Assembly (NCBI GenBank): GCA_025201805.1
Contig: MU619247.1
Coordinates: forward strand, 223,422 to 286,133
Source of the DNA: Parasitella parasitica NRRL 2501
Taxonomy: Eukaryota; Fungi; Mucoromycota
Length of the DNA stretch: 62,712 bases
Direction: 5' to 3'
The notes beneath the pieces are model-generated. The model searched no databases. It was not told the origin of the DNA and saw only the letters and a program-made list of their open reading frames with translations. A program made the translations under genes and the position numbers. Below, piece by piece: positions 12,939 through 26,439 of this stretch; positions within the stretch are counted from its first letter, which is position 1, and every line of letters starts with the position of its first letter.

Positions 12939-15558
12939 ATGGCCCAAAGGAAATTTTTGAATAGTTTTCTGATTTTACTTGTGATTTCGATATGTCTCCA
13001 AATACAAACAATTGAAGCGAAAACTGCGAGTACAGATACTTCAACTAGTACAACAAAATTGACAGCTATTTCTGCTACTAAAGTAAAAAAATAACTAAAA
13101 AAATTGCGTTCAAATTCTAATTTTTGTACATTTCAGGGACATTCGACTGCTACTGTCACCAAATTAACCACATCTCATAAATTGACTACAACAAAATCTT
13201 CCACCAAATCCACCATCAAACAAACCACCAAATCAACCTCCAAACTGACCACTAAATCCACTACCGAAAAAGCTACTAAAACATCTGCCTCAACATCTTC
13301 CGCATCGAATGGATTATTGGAAAACGTTATATCTTCAATATTAGACATCACTTCTGCAAAAAGCGCGAGCACAGATTCGAGTGATACAAAGACAGCTTTC
13401 AAAGAAAGTTCCACCAGCACTGCAACACACACGCCCTCCAAAACAACAGAAAAGGATGTATCCACTACAGATGATGAAAAGTCAACTGTAAAAAAGACGG
13501 CGACATCAGATAAAGATGAGCCGACTTCTACCTTCGAAAAGTCAACCAAAACCACAATAGATGACGAACCCACATCTACTACGTCTGCTGAATTCATTAA
13601 CACGTCTACTGAAAAAGATTCAACAGTTTCCAAAACCAACGCTGTCGATAAGCCAACTTCTTCTACTGACAAAGATTCAACTAAGACTATTTCAGACGAT
13701 AAGGCTACTATTACAACCGACAAACCAACCAAGACTGTAACAATGGCTGAATCCACTGATTCCACCGAAAAGACTACTACTACTAAAAAGTCTACTGAAT
13801 CAACTGCTGAGGCAGAAGAGTCGACATCAACAGCTAAGAATTCCATAAAGACCACAGATGGTGATGAACCCACATCATCCACCATCAAGGAATCCACAAA
13901 AACTCTTACAGATGGTAAGCCCACAGCTACAACCGACAAGCCTACCAAGTCTTCGACAGGTGATGAGAGCGTAACAACTACCGAAGAGTCTGCAGTAAAG
14001 GAAACATCCGCGACTACCACGAGAACTGCGACTGCAACAGACGATAAGGAGACAACGACTAAAAAGTATACGAAAACTGCTACTACAATCGAGGAAGAAG
14101 AAACAAGCAGCGTTGAAAAGCCTTCTTCCACCAAAAGTATCAATGATGATAAAGAATCCACTCCTGTCTCTACTGCAAAACCTACCGCTACAACAGTAGA
14201 CACCGAAAAAGAGGAGGCAACATCGACAACGACGACTGATAATTCTACTAGCATAGAAACTGATTCCACTACTCCCTCTCCTAACGCAACCGAATCAAAC
14301 GACATGATTGAATCTTCTTTGCCTACCAAGACAGAAACAGAAGAAGTCAAAACAAACACTAGTGAATCAAGTAGCACTTTTACCACAACAACCATTGCTA
14401 CCACTACCAGCTCATCAAGTGAAGATACTTATACTTATACTTATACTTATACGCCCACGCCCACGCCCACGCCCACGCCCACAGAAACCAAGGATGGCAA
14501 CAGCGATGACAGCAACAACAAGAAAAGCTCAACTACGTTTAAAGCAACTTCAACTTATCGCTACCAAACCCTGTCTTGGTTATCTGACAGCTTTAGCATT
14601 TCTATTCCCGCCAAGTCATCTAGTAGTTCCAAGACGAGTACAGCTACATCTGTTGCTGCCAGTACTCCAACCACTGATGAAACCCAAAATGCCATTCCAG
14701 AGTACATTGCGCCTAATGTAGATGCTATCATACCCGAAACTAGTTCTATGGTGTTTATGAAGTTCAAGTACATTTCCTACTCTGAGATGGTCCAAGATGC
14801 TGTTTTAACTGCTCAGTTTGTCCAGACACTGCCGGCGTTCTTGGGTAAAAGCTTGGATATTACTGCAGATGACATTATTGTCGTTACTATTACGAGCGCA
14901 GATAGCTCATCGATTAGCAGCAGCAGTAGCTCTAATAAAAAGCGCGCGCTTTTGAGTAAACGTGAGGATGGTTCCGGGGTAGTTGTTTCGTTTGCTATCC
15001 CTGCGAACCAAGTTGATGAGCTACAAGGCTTGATTAGTCAATCAAACTCGAGTCTGTATTCTGATTCAAATGGTCAACTAGCTTATTTGATTGATGCCAG
15101 CTATCCCATCACTGGAAATGGTAAGTTGCCGCTATTTTGCTCCTTTTTTAGACTTTACACAAATATATTAAATTAATTCGATTCATTACATAGCTATTAG
15201 TCAAACATCCAATTCCAACAATGTGGTTGATGACCCTAATTCCAGCAATACTGGGCCAAGCAATGCAGGCGCTAGCGATTCCGATGACTCTAGTCATGGA
15301 GGTTTATCCAAAGCTTCTTTGATTGGAATCTGCGTGTCTATTGGCGTGGTGGTTTATGCTGCTGCCACAGTTGCAATTATCAAAATATATCGCAAACGAC
15401 GTGCTGCCAAAGAAAAAAAGGCTTTTGCAGAGCACCACGTATTTGCACAAAGCATCTCTCAGCCTATTATGCTAGACAACTCACTTGGCTGGTCAAATGT
15501 TGGTGGATACAATCACCAAAGACAGCCCTACCAAAGCAGCAACAACTATCAATGGTAG
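12939..15558 (+). CDS. MSB2: Msb2/Hkr1-like signalling mucin
   Basis: Signal peptide, long Ser/Thr-rich region, juxtamembrane folded domain and one TM helix (LIGICVSIGVVVYAAATVAII) followed by RKRR. The tail ISQPIMLDNSLGW resembles the Msb2 C-terminal NSLGW motif. Confidence 0.8.
14427..14482 (+). repeat. Coding compound hexamer repeat (ACTTAT)4(ACGCCC)5 encoding TYTYTYTY-TPTPTPTPTP
   Basis: Seen directly inside the mucin exon. Confidence 0.9.
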
Positions 15559-15611
15559 ACACAGTGATTACTCCTTACTTTACGAATTAATAAATTAATG
15601 TTTATTTTCTT

Positions 15612-17735
15612 TCAATCTTCTTCTTCTGTGCCAAAATAACGGTCTAGAATCCATTCATTCTATTATTAAAAATCCTCAATCAACACGCTCAAAACAATGC
15701 CTTACCTCCAAAATTGCCAACTCCAGGCTCAATCCAGAGTTTTTCTCTATTAAAATTGGGGTCTACCATGGATGTAACAATCTTTACACGAGGAAAAGCA
15801 TTTGTAATCACGGTGAGACCAAGTTGTGCAGCAAGAAAAGATACAAAAATGATACGCTCCTACAGAAAATGCGTGTGAATGCCTCTGTGCGAGCAGCAGA
15901 TTTAATGCAATATACCTCTGGAACTTCATGATCCAGCAAGACACGTATGGCCATCAGAGCCGCAGCTCCTGTTCCCACCATGGCATCCATCAAAATGATA
16001 TTATCGTCGCCAATTTCTTTGGGCAATTTACAATAATGAAGCTGGCTACTGCGTTAATTCCTTGTGACCCATTGTATAACAATACATATAAGACGTACCT
16101 CTGGGTCACCAGTGTTTGGATCGGTCTGGATCAATAGCTTTCCAATCACAGCGTCTGCAAAAACACGCTTCAATCCAGCTTCCATTGTTCCACCGGCACG
16201 TAAGATGGAAACACCACAAATCTATGCGCAATGTTACACTGGTCAGCTCACATCTTGAAGTACTACACATCTTTTATGGACTTGCAAACCTTTTGACTAA
16301 ACCTTAAGCCATGATATGTTGCATTTACAGGAGTTGTTACTGAAACAGACTCGGAAGGAAGGCAACTAACCGCACTACAACGCATAATGTAAGTACTGGT
16401 CATTTTGACATTATGACAGATCGCCTTACTTTTCCATCAACAATACCGCTAATCGATCAGCATAAAAGACAAACTCATCTCGGGATGTCTTGCAATTCCT
16501 CAGAATGGTATGAATCCCCTTGATTTGGTTCGTTGCAGGTAGAATGGTGACAGTGTCTGGTAAATGTTCATTGAGAGCCGTGTCCAGCAACCCCCAACGT
16601 ATGTTAATCATGTTTTCTTGGAGCTGGCTATGGATATGTTTTGTCATCAAGTCAATAGCGATGGCATTTTCTAACCCTCTTGGAATAATAACGTCGGCAT
16701 GCTTCATCGTGGGTCGAACATAGTTATCAAATGAAGGCTTCACGTATCTAGTGTATTGCTGCATTGCAAGTTTTTAATTTGTTTCTGCATCAATTGTACT
16801 GAAACTTACATCCAAAATGCCCTCCACATCACGACCACGCAATAAAATATCTCTTTGCACTAGATAAAATAATTTGATCAACCAAAAGTAGCTAATAGGG
16901 TAAACATGTATGCATACGTCTTCTTGCCAATTGGATATCAGAATCAGTGTCCACAAAAATCTATGACTGTAAGCTTTCTAATACTACTTTAATGCAAAAA
17001 AAATAAAAAAATAAGCCCTTACTCGCATATCCATCATGTCTCTGATCCGCTTATCGTATAGCGCAAGAATGCCCTCGAATATAATCACGTTGGCGCCGTA
17101 GATGGTTGTCGTTGTTTCTTCTCTTGAATGCGTAGAAAAGTTATAGATTGGCACCGTAACAGATTTGCCTTCCCTCAGCTTGATGAGGGTTTCAAACAGC
17201 AATTCATAGTCAAATGCGGAAGGATGGTCGAAATCAAATCGGTTTTGATGGGCTAATTTGCTATTCTCGGGTGAAAGGACATTGTAAAACGAATCCATGG
17301 AGATGATAACAACCCATGGCACGTTTAAATTCTTCAATATACGTCTATTCACAGAATCAGATCATTTCCTGATCTCCCCTATAAAATTATATATGCGCTC
17401 TTCTTACTCGGCAACACTGGTCTTTCCACTAGCACTACCACCTTTGATATTTCTTGATTTAAACACGAATTTCTCAAAATTAAATGTTTCGACATGCAAT
17501 TACCTGCGACACCAATCATGTATGGATTAGTCACCGACCCATCAGCACTTTTTTATTCGGTTATAGAGTTAAGTTCTGAAAGTTTCAAGGTACAATCATT
17601 AATAACTTACTGGTACCAAGGTCTACCAGTAGCATAAATCAGGATCGTTAGTAACTATAGTATTTACGCAGGCCTGTCCATTTACTTTCTTCCTTGGGAA
17701 TTCAAATGAAGCGTCTTTTTATTACGGCTGCTCAT
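15612..17735 (-). CDS. URK1: Uridine kinase / uracil phosphoribosyltransferase-like fusion (multi-exon)
   Basis: GRKPWY…[16 protein letters not shown]-loop, [26 protein letters not shown]. The UPRTase-like domain has [20 protein letters not shown] and [21 protein letters not shown], and ends GNFGDRYFGT. Confidence 0.93.
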
Positions 17736-17776
17736 TGTGATATATTATACAACTGGTGCAGGTGTGNNNNNNNNNN

Positions 17777-17813
<37 letters not shown>

Positions 17814-17894
17814 ATTATCGTATAACTACATGCGAAAAAAATTTGTGTAAAGCATCAAGTGACCTTGTTTCTAAATGGATTGCTTTACATTCGA

Positions 17895-18995
17895 CTAGTA
17901 TCTTCTAATTCTACCGAAACTACTGTTGGTGTCATTTCCTCCTGCACGATATTTCTAAAAGAACCAAGCGTTGATGAGTAAACCAGCGAAAATCCATAAA
18001 TAATGTACTTACAACATGGCCTCTTCCTTTAAACTTCACATTGGGATCATCGTCAAATCGTCTTCGTTGTTCCCACTCTGGTTTCTCTGATACTTTTTCT
18101 TTGTATTCCTGAAAATGGTTCTTTTCAACTTGCTCTGCCTTTGTTTTCTCGGGTTTCTGAATTTCCTCGTCTGATGATGGGGTGTTAGCTTTTTTGTGAT
18201 GTTTCTTATGCTTTCTATGCTTTTTTTTGGACGAAGATTTGTGGTGTCTTTTATGCTTTCGTTTCTTTTTTCCATGATCAGAGTCCCTATCCGATGCCTC
18301 GTCCTCACTTTCAGATCTTTTTCTTTTCTTTTTTTCTTGCTCCTCTTCGCTATCACTTGCTGAATCAACATCAGATCCACTTTTGCTTAATCTTTGCTGT
18401 TGCTTCACTTTTTATAACGAACTGTCGGATCAATATGTATTTAATTGTTGGCAAGTAAAACTTACATTTGACACCGGGTGGTAGCTGCAATACCAATTCA
18501 CCACAATTAGCAATCATTACATTATGAAGAGGCCGATCATTGCCATCGACAGGTTCATTTTCCATTGTTTCCACAATATTATATCCTGATACAACACGCC
18601 CAAATACTACATGCTTACCGTCCAAATGTGGGGTAGGTCGGGTAGTAATGAAAAATTGCGATGATTGCGTGTTCGGCCCACGGTTAGCCATACTCATCAA
18701 ACCATGCGTATCATGTTTTCTAGCAAAAGATTCGTCTGCAAATGTAGCACCATAGACAGACTCGCCTCCAGCACCGTTACGCCGAGTGAAATCACCACCC
18801 TGACACATAAAACCCTTAATAATGCGATGAAAGATGGAGCCCCGGTAATGAAGTGGCATATTGCTCACCTTACCCAGCCCCTTTTCACCTGTGCACAGAG
18901 CACGAAAATTTTCTGCTGTCTTGGGAACTTCATCAGCAAAGAGTTCTATAATGATTCTACCAACTATTTAAATTGTAAGCAGTTTTTTTTATTTT

Positions 18996-19027
<32 letters not shown>

Positions 19028-19087
19028 CTACTTACTTCGAGTGCCATCAATGTCAATGTCAAAGAATACACGAGGGTTGATTTTCAT
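17895..19087 (-). CDS. Cyclophilin PPIase with a charged K/R/S-rich tail (PPIG-like)
   Basis: [56 protein letters not shown] and [11 protein letters not shown]. The tail is rich in K/H/S/E and ends KFKGRGHV|KYR. Confidence 0.92.
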
Positions 19088-19308
19088 TTTATATGACTCA
19101 ATGGCGGTGGGTTGACTTTAATAAAAAGAGAAAAATGAGGTGTTGCTCCACGATGTGTCGTTTATGTAATGTGTGCTAGGTGACTCACTTTTGTAGGAAG
19201 ATTGCCACAGAAAAGACAGTTTCGTGTTCCCTTCATTAACAAGGTAAGACGATCCCTTTTCTTTTCTTTCTCAAGACCCTTTTTCTCTCGTGTAAACCTT
19301 TTGAAAAA

Positions 19309-19673
19309 ATGAGTGATTCAAAGCAAACCGTCGCTGAAAATCAAAAAGCTAATGAATCTATATCTCTGCACGCTTACGTCGCTGAGAATTCTGATGTGCT
19401 TGTAAAACTGATGGTTTTTACAGCCGCTTTATGTGCATTTCCTATCGTCACATTTTTTATGACGCTTCATAGTCTATTCGATGGTACGTTGCCAGTGTAC
19501 ACTGTTCGTCATTTATGGGTCAAATTAATAACTTGTTTCTGCACTTAGGTAATACCAGCTATGCAGGAGGAGCAGCAGCATTGATGGCAAATGTCATTGT
19601 TGCCTTGTATATAATTGTGTCCGTGTTTGAAAAACCCAAAGATTCTGCAGCAAATGAGAAGAAGAAAGATTGA
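19309..19673 (+). CDS. VMA21: V-ATPase assembly factor Vma21
   Basis: Two TM segments (VLVKLMVFTAAL…PIVTFF and YAGGAAALMANVIVALYIIV) and a C-terminal dilysine KKKD* ER-retrieval signal. One intron. Confidence 0.88.
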
Positions 19674-19831
19674 TTGTAATATTATGGCACACTTGGTAAT
19701 ATATTTAACCCTTTTTCACTACATTTGAAACTTTTAGCCCCATTCTTGCCTTCCATTCTTGCCTTCCCCCTTTCTACTCCACGTAAAATAATTTCATGCT
19801 GATGATAATAAGACGATAACAATAAAAAACT

Positions 19832-20287
19832 TTATTCAAAATCATGTGCTTTTTGACGTTGCGCCTGCTGCTTACGATGATGCACATAGTCATTCATATA
19901 AGTAGTAACTGTTGATATCAGATCATGAAAGCGATCTTCATGGTAAATAGGGTGGTCTTCTGGACACCATGATGCTCGCTTGCGCTTTTCCCATTCAGCA
20001 AAATTCGTCAGTTTGCTGCTTAGAAAATCAATCAGTCCAGTCCAGTCAATTTGATTCTTGGTCATTGTAATCATACGCCTGGGAGATACCATTTTGATAC
20101 AGTCATCGACCACTGTTAATACAAAAAAGAAAAAAAACAAGGAGCTGATGATGATTAATGTAAATGTTCCAACTGTCATATAAGACGCTACATATATTAG
20201 GAATAATCTCTGTGATGCTGTGTTATGAATCCAGGATTTTATAGGGTATGTGATAGAGTTTATGGTATATGCTTCTGATGAAGACAT
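19832..20287 (-). CDS. Hypothetical protein (probably 2 exons)
   Basis: ATG-initiated ORF with coding-like composition. A T-rich in-frame stretch looks like an intron. No recognisable domain. Confidence 0.55.
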   Translation of the reverse strand: MSSSEAYTINSITYPIKSWIHNTASQRLFLIYVASYMTVGTFTLIIISSLFFFFFVLTVVDDCIKMVSPRRMITMTKNQIDWTGLIDFLSSKLTNFAEWEKRKRASWCPEDHPIYHEDRFHDLISTVTTYMNDYVHHRKQQAQRQKAHDFE

Positions 20288-21434
20288 TGTTTTAAGAAAA
20301 AGATAAGGCTAGTTTGACCTTGTTCCATGAGCCTGATATTTCCAAGCATTAGGTTTAAAGAGGAGCATCAATATTATTCTATCACTATGCATGCCTTGAT
20401 TTATGGTTATGCTGTTATTCTAGAAGCAAAATCATGGATACTATGTCTTGCTAAACTAGGAGTACTTTGGAAACAATGCTTTAAGTTTTAATAGTTCTAT
20501 AAATTTGTATTTTTAATTTTATTTCTTTAAAAACCTTCAATAAAAAATGAGAGTTATATTAAATAATTACCAGAGAATTTACGGATATAACAAGCTAGCA
20601 CGGCAGAACATGAAATGCTTACCTTACTTTGGGGGCTATCAAATAGAATCAATGAGATCTCAGATAACAAACCATCCAACGTTTGATTGGTAATCTTCCT
20701 AAAAGGTAAGATGTGTATTTATTGTTAATGACGATTTTATTTCACAAAGTCTCTCTATATGCCCTTATTTAAGCGAGCTATGTAGATAGAGTGTTGCAAC
20801 ACTGGCTTTCCTGTGGTATATTCTCTCTCTGTGTGACCTTTTATTGTGATCAAGTCAGAATTCGTTTCTAGTCGATGTTGATGTTGTAGAGATGCAAAAT
20901 AGGTTCTAATATACTTCTTCCTACATTGATATTAACCGTTGAATTGGTTAAAAAGGAGGTATTGAATTATTGGTAAGCCTTCTGTTGATCCATATACATT
21001 ATGCTTAATCTTTTTGTGCCAGGTCTTGAAATTGAGCACAGCAGGTGATTGTATATGATATAAAGAATATAAGAAAGTAATAAAGACTTAATTTACCAGA
21101 TACAAAACTATTGATTTATTGATTGACAAGAAGCTGTTTATTTATATTAGAATAAATCTATCTGAATCAATTTATAAAATACAATCAGGTCGTCATGTTT
21201 GACATTTAATTGTCAAACAAGAATATAACACAGTAGTAGTCAGAGCAAGGCCTATTTCTATATTTAATCAGCTAATCGTTATGAATGTGAATCATTCCTC
21301 GATAAGTTGAGCTTCGCAATTTAGAATAAGTAGAACCCAAGTAAATGGTTTCTTATACGAGACATTCTATTGAATACTTCTATTTACTAGATAGAGTAAT
21401 CGATGCCATTTAACCTTAGATCCGATCATAAACG

Positions 21435-21448
21435 GTTGCCATGACAAC
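21435..21448. promoter_or_regulatory. Putative RFX X-box GTTGCCATGACAAC
   Basis: Near-perfect imperfect palindrome matching the RFX consensus GTNRCC-N(0-3)-RGYAAC, with one deviation in the second half-site. Further X-box-like words lie at 21464-21487. Confidence 0.5.
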
Positions 21449-22311
21449 TGAGTTGAGATAGTGGTAACCATGGTATTCTATGGATACAACAAATCTTCAA
21501 TTATATCATTTTTCTTCTTGAAAAGAAAAAGCTAGATATTACCAGCTAAAACCAGTATTTGCAACCATTTATTGCAAAAACGAAAAATCAATCATAAAAA
21601 AAAAGCATACTAAGCTTATAATATAAAATATTTCTTCGATTATCATGCATTATTACAGGCCAAGGTAAAGCGATTTGATGGTAACATTTTAGTACTCAAG
21701 TCAACAAAAACAAATAAAAACAGGCATGATCATCGCTATATGAGCATAACTTGGGTTCCACTGAGCGATGTCTCTACCAAAAGTTTTTTGCTTTTTCACT
21801 GTCGAAGTTTAAAACAAAACACGTGATTTAGAATCGGAGGTTAAAAAGATAATATTTGGCCTGGAAAATATAGCGTCAAATCAGTGCTAAAAAAGCCAAT
21901 ATACAAAGTTATCGTCAGCAGATAACACTAGTTTCATCTCAAATATGATATAAATCCATGTACTGTTGCGGATCAAATTATAGATTTATCTGCCTATAGC
22001 TGATGTATGCATATGACCAGGGCTATTCTATATTTTCTTAATTCCACTGGGTGACATGCGTCTCAATAATTGTTGTGTGCAGAAACAGATATAACGCTGG
22101 ATCAAAAGTTTGAATTAGTGGCTATTGCAAATTCGAAATTTTTTTGCCTACTTAAACTCAAAATCTGATGCTGTCAACCTGAGAGAACAGTAATGCATCA
22201 TGACATTATGGGTAGAAACTTATCCATAATTTGGAGATTGTATGCAGTTGCAAAATGTATATATACAGAACACGGATTTATTTCATCATTCAAAAATGCA
22301 TCACAATATTA

Positions 22312-23396
22312 CTACACTCGAACTTCTTCCATTAATTCTTCGTCATCTTCATCGTCGTCAGATTCCTCATTTTCAGCATTGTTAATTGCACTTTGTCTTT
22401 CAGCAACTGATAATCTTTCTTTATATTCTGGTTTCAATTGATAACTGCCAGTATAGGGACCCTTTTTGTTGAGAATACAAATTTCGTTCAATACTTCTTT
22501 TAGATATTGATTTGGCTGCTTTGTATGCTCAACAAGACCCTTGAATGTATAATAAGGGTATTTATCAAATGCATCGAATAGCAAATCCATAAGTTCGTTT
22601 CTTGGCATGCGGGTAGCTTTTTCTTTGTCGGTTTTTGGCTTTTTGGTTGTCTAGGTAAAGTAATTTGAAACTATGAGTCGATTGTGTACGAATAAACAGA
22701 TCTAACAAAAAAAAAAAATTACAATAAAATCAGAGAAGCTACTAGAGGGCATGCCGCTACTTGCACCCGGTACGAAAACAGGCTGGCTGTTTTGACCGAG
22801 AACTTGTACAGATCTTTGTGGAGTGCCTGCTTCCAAAACTCGTTTTCTCATGATACTCCTATAGGCACCGAAATTGGGAGTAGCTGTGCACTCGTGATGG
22901 ATTGTCCCAGTGATTGCTTTTCCACCATTTTGATCCTCTGAAAACACAAATTTATTGTTCACCTTTTCAGGTGTGATGTGTATGTTGTATTCTTTAGGAA
23001 CATTTGGTGTATCATCATCTGGTGGTAAAAAAAGGGCAACCTAGAGCCAGAATTAGAGCAAATGTTCGTCTTCAGCAAGATAATATCGTTCTTTTTTTTT
23101 TTTTATTTACCTTTGTCGTCTTCCCTGGTGGCGGGCTGAAATGAGTAATTAGAAGGGTTGAAATAGCATTAATCAATATTTACTTACTTGTTATATATAC
23201 GAATACTTCCCAAGTTTACATTGTCTTCATCTACAGATCTCCACTTGTCGGCCAAAAAACCTGGGACCTTTACCAGCCAAACTTTAGTGTTTACATCATC
23301 CAATTTGAGATCCTCGGCATCGTCTTCATCTATAACACCGTCTAAAGATCCTGGATCATCTTCAAAAAGAGCGTCAACGTCTTTATGTTCAGACAT
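22312..23396 (-). CDS. TFG2: TFIIF beta subunit (RAP30)
   Basis: KVWLVKVPGFLADKW, N-K-FVFSE, GTIHHEC, and the winged helix KATRMPRNELMDLLFDAF…QPNQYLKEVL…LKPEYK. Confidence 0.94.
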
Positions 23397-23668
23397 ATTT
23401 CAGAACAAAAGACAAATAAGAAATAGGAAAGAATATGATGGAAAGAATTGCGCTTGCGTATCTATAGAACTCTCCTGTGACCGTGATGGATTGTCATGGT
23501 TTACATGCATATACCGATATTGACCAACATTTATATGTACAAAAAACCAATGCAAATTGTGGATTTTATTTTAAGCAATTGTTGTATGATGATATAGTAA
23601 TAGTAGAAAGAATCGAGAAAGAGAAACAGCGAGCAGGTTAAATTGCAGAAGCAAGGAATTGACACATT

Positions 23669-24133
23669 TTAACCTAAAAAATTGATGCAGACACCGTGAA
23701 GAAGAAGAGAGCAAACTACAAAATCAGCAAATGCCCTATTTTCGTTTGAATTAGTAGAACATTTCGGAAAGCACTCTACAAATTCTCAATTGTATACCTT
23801 TCAGGTGAAATGGTTTTGAAGGATTCCTTATTTAGAGTGTTTGTTTGAATACGCAAATTAGCTATACATCAAATAACAATAAGCATGCGTATATGTATGT
23901 CTCGTATTACGATAGCCTTGCTTACCAGCCAGAACAAAACTACCAACTGTGGAGATAAATCCACCAAGGAAAGCATTATAAGGGAATGTACCGACCGTTG
24001 CCATGTAGACAAACTGAAATATACCAGTGAAAAGAATATAGACAAGGTATATATCAATTAATTTAAGAGAAACAGGTGTGTCGTTCTTGTATCCTGTATA
24101 AAATTTCTTGGTTGCTGCACTAAGTTGCTCCAT
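23669..24133 (-). CDS. OST2: Oligosaccharyltransferase subunit DAD1/Ost2
   Basis: [10 protein letters not shown]…QFVY…[23 protein letters not shown]…LRIQ…[26 protein letters not shown]. Three exons. Confidence 0.95.
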
Positions 24134-24911
24134 ATTTGAGATGAAAGAGGGATAACTGCAAAACACGAAAATCTTGAAAAGATTTATACTTTACAGTTCC
24201 ATTTCATTATTCAACCAATCAAAAAGTTATGACGAACAGTAGTTTTGAAAGGAACTCACGCCCAGAAAACTATCCATCACAATTCTAGAGTTAAAAAGTA
24301 TCAAACCTTGTAAAAAAACTTGAAGGTCCATTGGTAGATATAGTCAAGTAGCAAGTGCTAGTATGCCATGATTGTGGCACACATTATCAGATTTGGCACT
24401 TTTATAGGATAGCAATAGTCATTCATTATTCAAAACTTGTGCATTGACGACTTCTACAAATGTTTATTTTAAGCGGTCAGAACATTAATATAACGGTACT
24501 GCATATACAACCTGTTCAAAGCCTATTAATGATTGATAGTTTGATGACACGAAATATTTTAGCCCTGATGGAGATCCATTAAAATTGTTTACCAGTAAAT
24601 ATATTTGTATAATATATAACGAGGATGAGATTCTCATCATCTTTTTGACTTTCATAGTGAATATTTAGAATCAATTTCTTAAATGAAAAAACGCATCATT
24701 TTATACTTCAATCCTTGCAAAAATCTTTGCAAATACTGTTAATTGGATATCTTTTTCTCTTTGTTCAAAAGCTCTGTACCTGATCTACTGTCATGTAACT
24801 TGAAAGACACCAAAAATAAATTAAAATTCCACTCCAACACCTCCCTTTCTTCAAATTAGCTTTTTCTTTTCTTTTTCCCTTACAAATTGCTCTTTCTTTC
24901 CTTTAAACATA

Positions 24912-26439
24912 ATGAATATATTGTCGGTTTTATTAGGAAACTACAAAAAAGATCAGGCGTTTAATTTATATAAAATCGAAAATACGGATACGCTTTTGTT
25001 CAAGGTAGATGATGTATCCTACCTTTTCAACCTCGACTCGAGTTTGTTTGAGAAGACACCTCAATTCCTGGATAAACAAAACAATACGTACCTAAAAACG
25101 ACTGAACTTGTGCAAATCGCTGTTCAGCACAACAAGTTTCTGCTCGCTGAACTTTGCAAACTCAAGCCAAACGACTATGCTGCAAAGCTGGATGAATCCA
25201 TGTTGGCAAACCTACCGCGTTTGGATTATAGCAAGTCAAAAAAAGACGAGAGCCAGTATCAAACAACCACGATTGAGCTCACAAGCAACAGCAAGTTGGT
25301 CAAATCAGAGCCAGCGTCTCCTCCTGCCCCACCTCCTCCATCACGACCAGCATTGCCAACTCATACTTCAGATCCAATGGCCTTGGATCATATTATATCT
25401 ACTAACAAGCAAGCAAGAAGATTAAGCAGGTAAATTTGACCGCACCAAATTGGCACAGCCTTAAACCGTCTAATCAGATGAAAAAAAAAAAAAAAAAAAA
25501 AATAGAACATTTGAAGATCCTCCAAACAAGAAACAAAAAAAAATTGAGCCATTACCAAAGCCCTTACATACAGTTAGCTCGCAACAGCCCACCTTGTTAG
25601 CAAAACGATTAGGAAACAATTTAAACAGCAAGAGGAATCTTACAATCTATGCTCCTTCCTACGCCGAGCAATTCAATGGCATACAATCTGCTCCTCTTCA
25701 CTCAAACTTCCGTCAAGCGCCTACCACGAAACCGCATCCGTTATCCAAGGCAACTCTGGTATCCCCTGCTACTTCTAGCACTACGTCTGAATTTGCCATC
25801 CCCCCAATCGTGCCCTCACAACAGCAGCCCCCTCACACAGCTCACCCTAGCAGCCTGCACCGTCGCCACTCACCTCAGTATCCTGCTTCGGCTTTTGGAC
25901 ACAGTTTCCCTGTTACACCTGGTCGAGTTGAGCCCCCTACAAAACCCAACACATTGCAAAAGCAACAGTTTATGCAGCCTTTCGAGCATTTATTCGATAC
26001 CATCGACACAACACGTAGTCTCAAGTCCACACTGGATGATCAAATCCGTCGTTCTTCAACCTTAATACAAACTCTGCAAGCATCTTCCACGACTATTGAG
26101 GGTTTAGTGCGTAATCAGATCAAGGAAGCTCAGAAGGAAATCATGCATCGGATGGAGGATTCAATCGAAGGTTTGTTCCATCGTATTTCATTGTTGGAAA
26201 AACGTGTGCATGCAACAGCAGGAGAGGAGAACGACGCATCAACGTCTGCATCCACTTCACAGGGTAACATCAAGGCACTTCCTTTGCCTTCGACGCCACT
26301 TGGTAAAAATCAGCACGATCTGATAAGCCCACCTACCATTGTCAGATCTCAAAACGATATTGGTCCCAACGAATATCACAACATGTTGGACACTTTACGA
26401 GAGAGATTGGATAAACTGGAAAAGCAGCTTGAGTCGTAA
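24912..26439 (+). CDS. Hypothetical Pro-rich protein with a C-terminal coiled coil (2 exons)
   Basis: Two long ORFs joined by a GT-AG intron (~25430-25505). Heptad-like segment LKSTLDDQIRRSSTLIQTLQ and C-terminal LRERLDKLEKQL. Confidence 0.8.

Noticed and set aside
13175-14404. 409-aa antisense ORF
   Set aside because: It is a V/S-rich shadow of the Thr/Ser codons of the mucin on the + strand.
19094-19187. Two TGACTCA (Gcn4/AP-1) sites between cyclophilin and VMA21
   Set aside because: The motif is short and one copy is only 7 nt from the ATG. This is not enough without conservation data.
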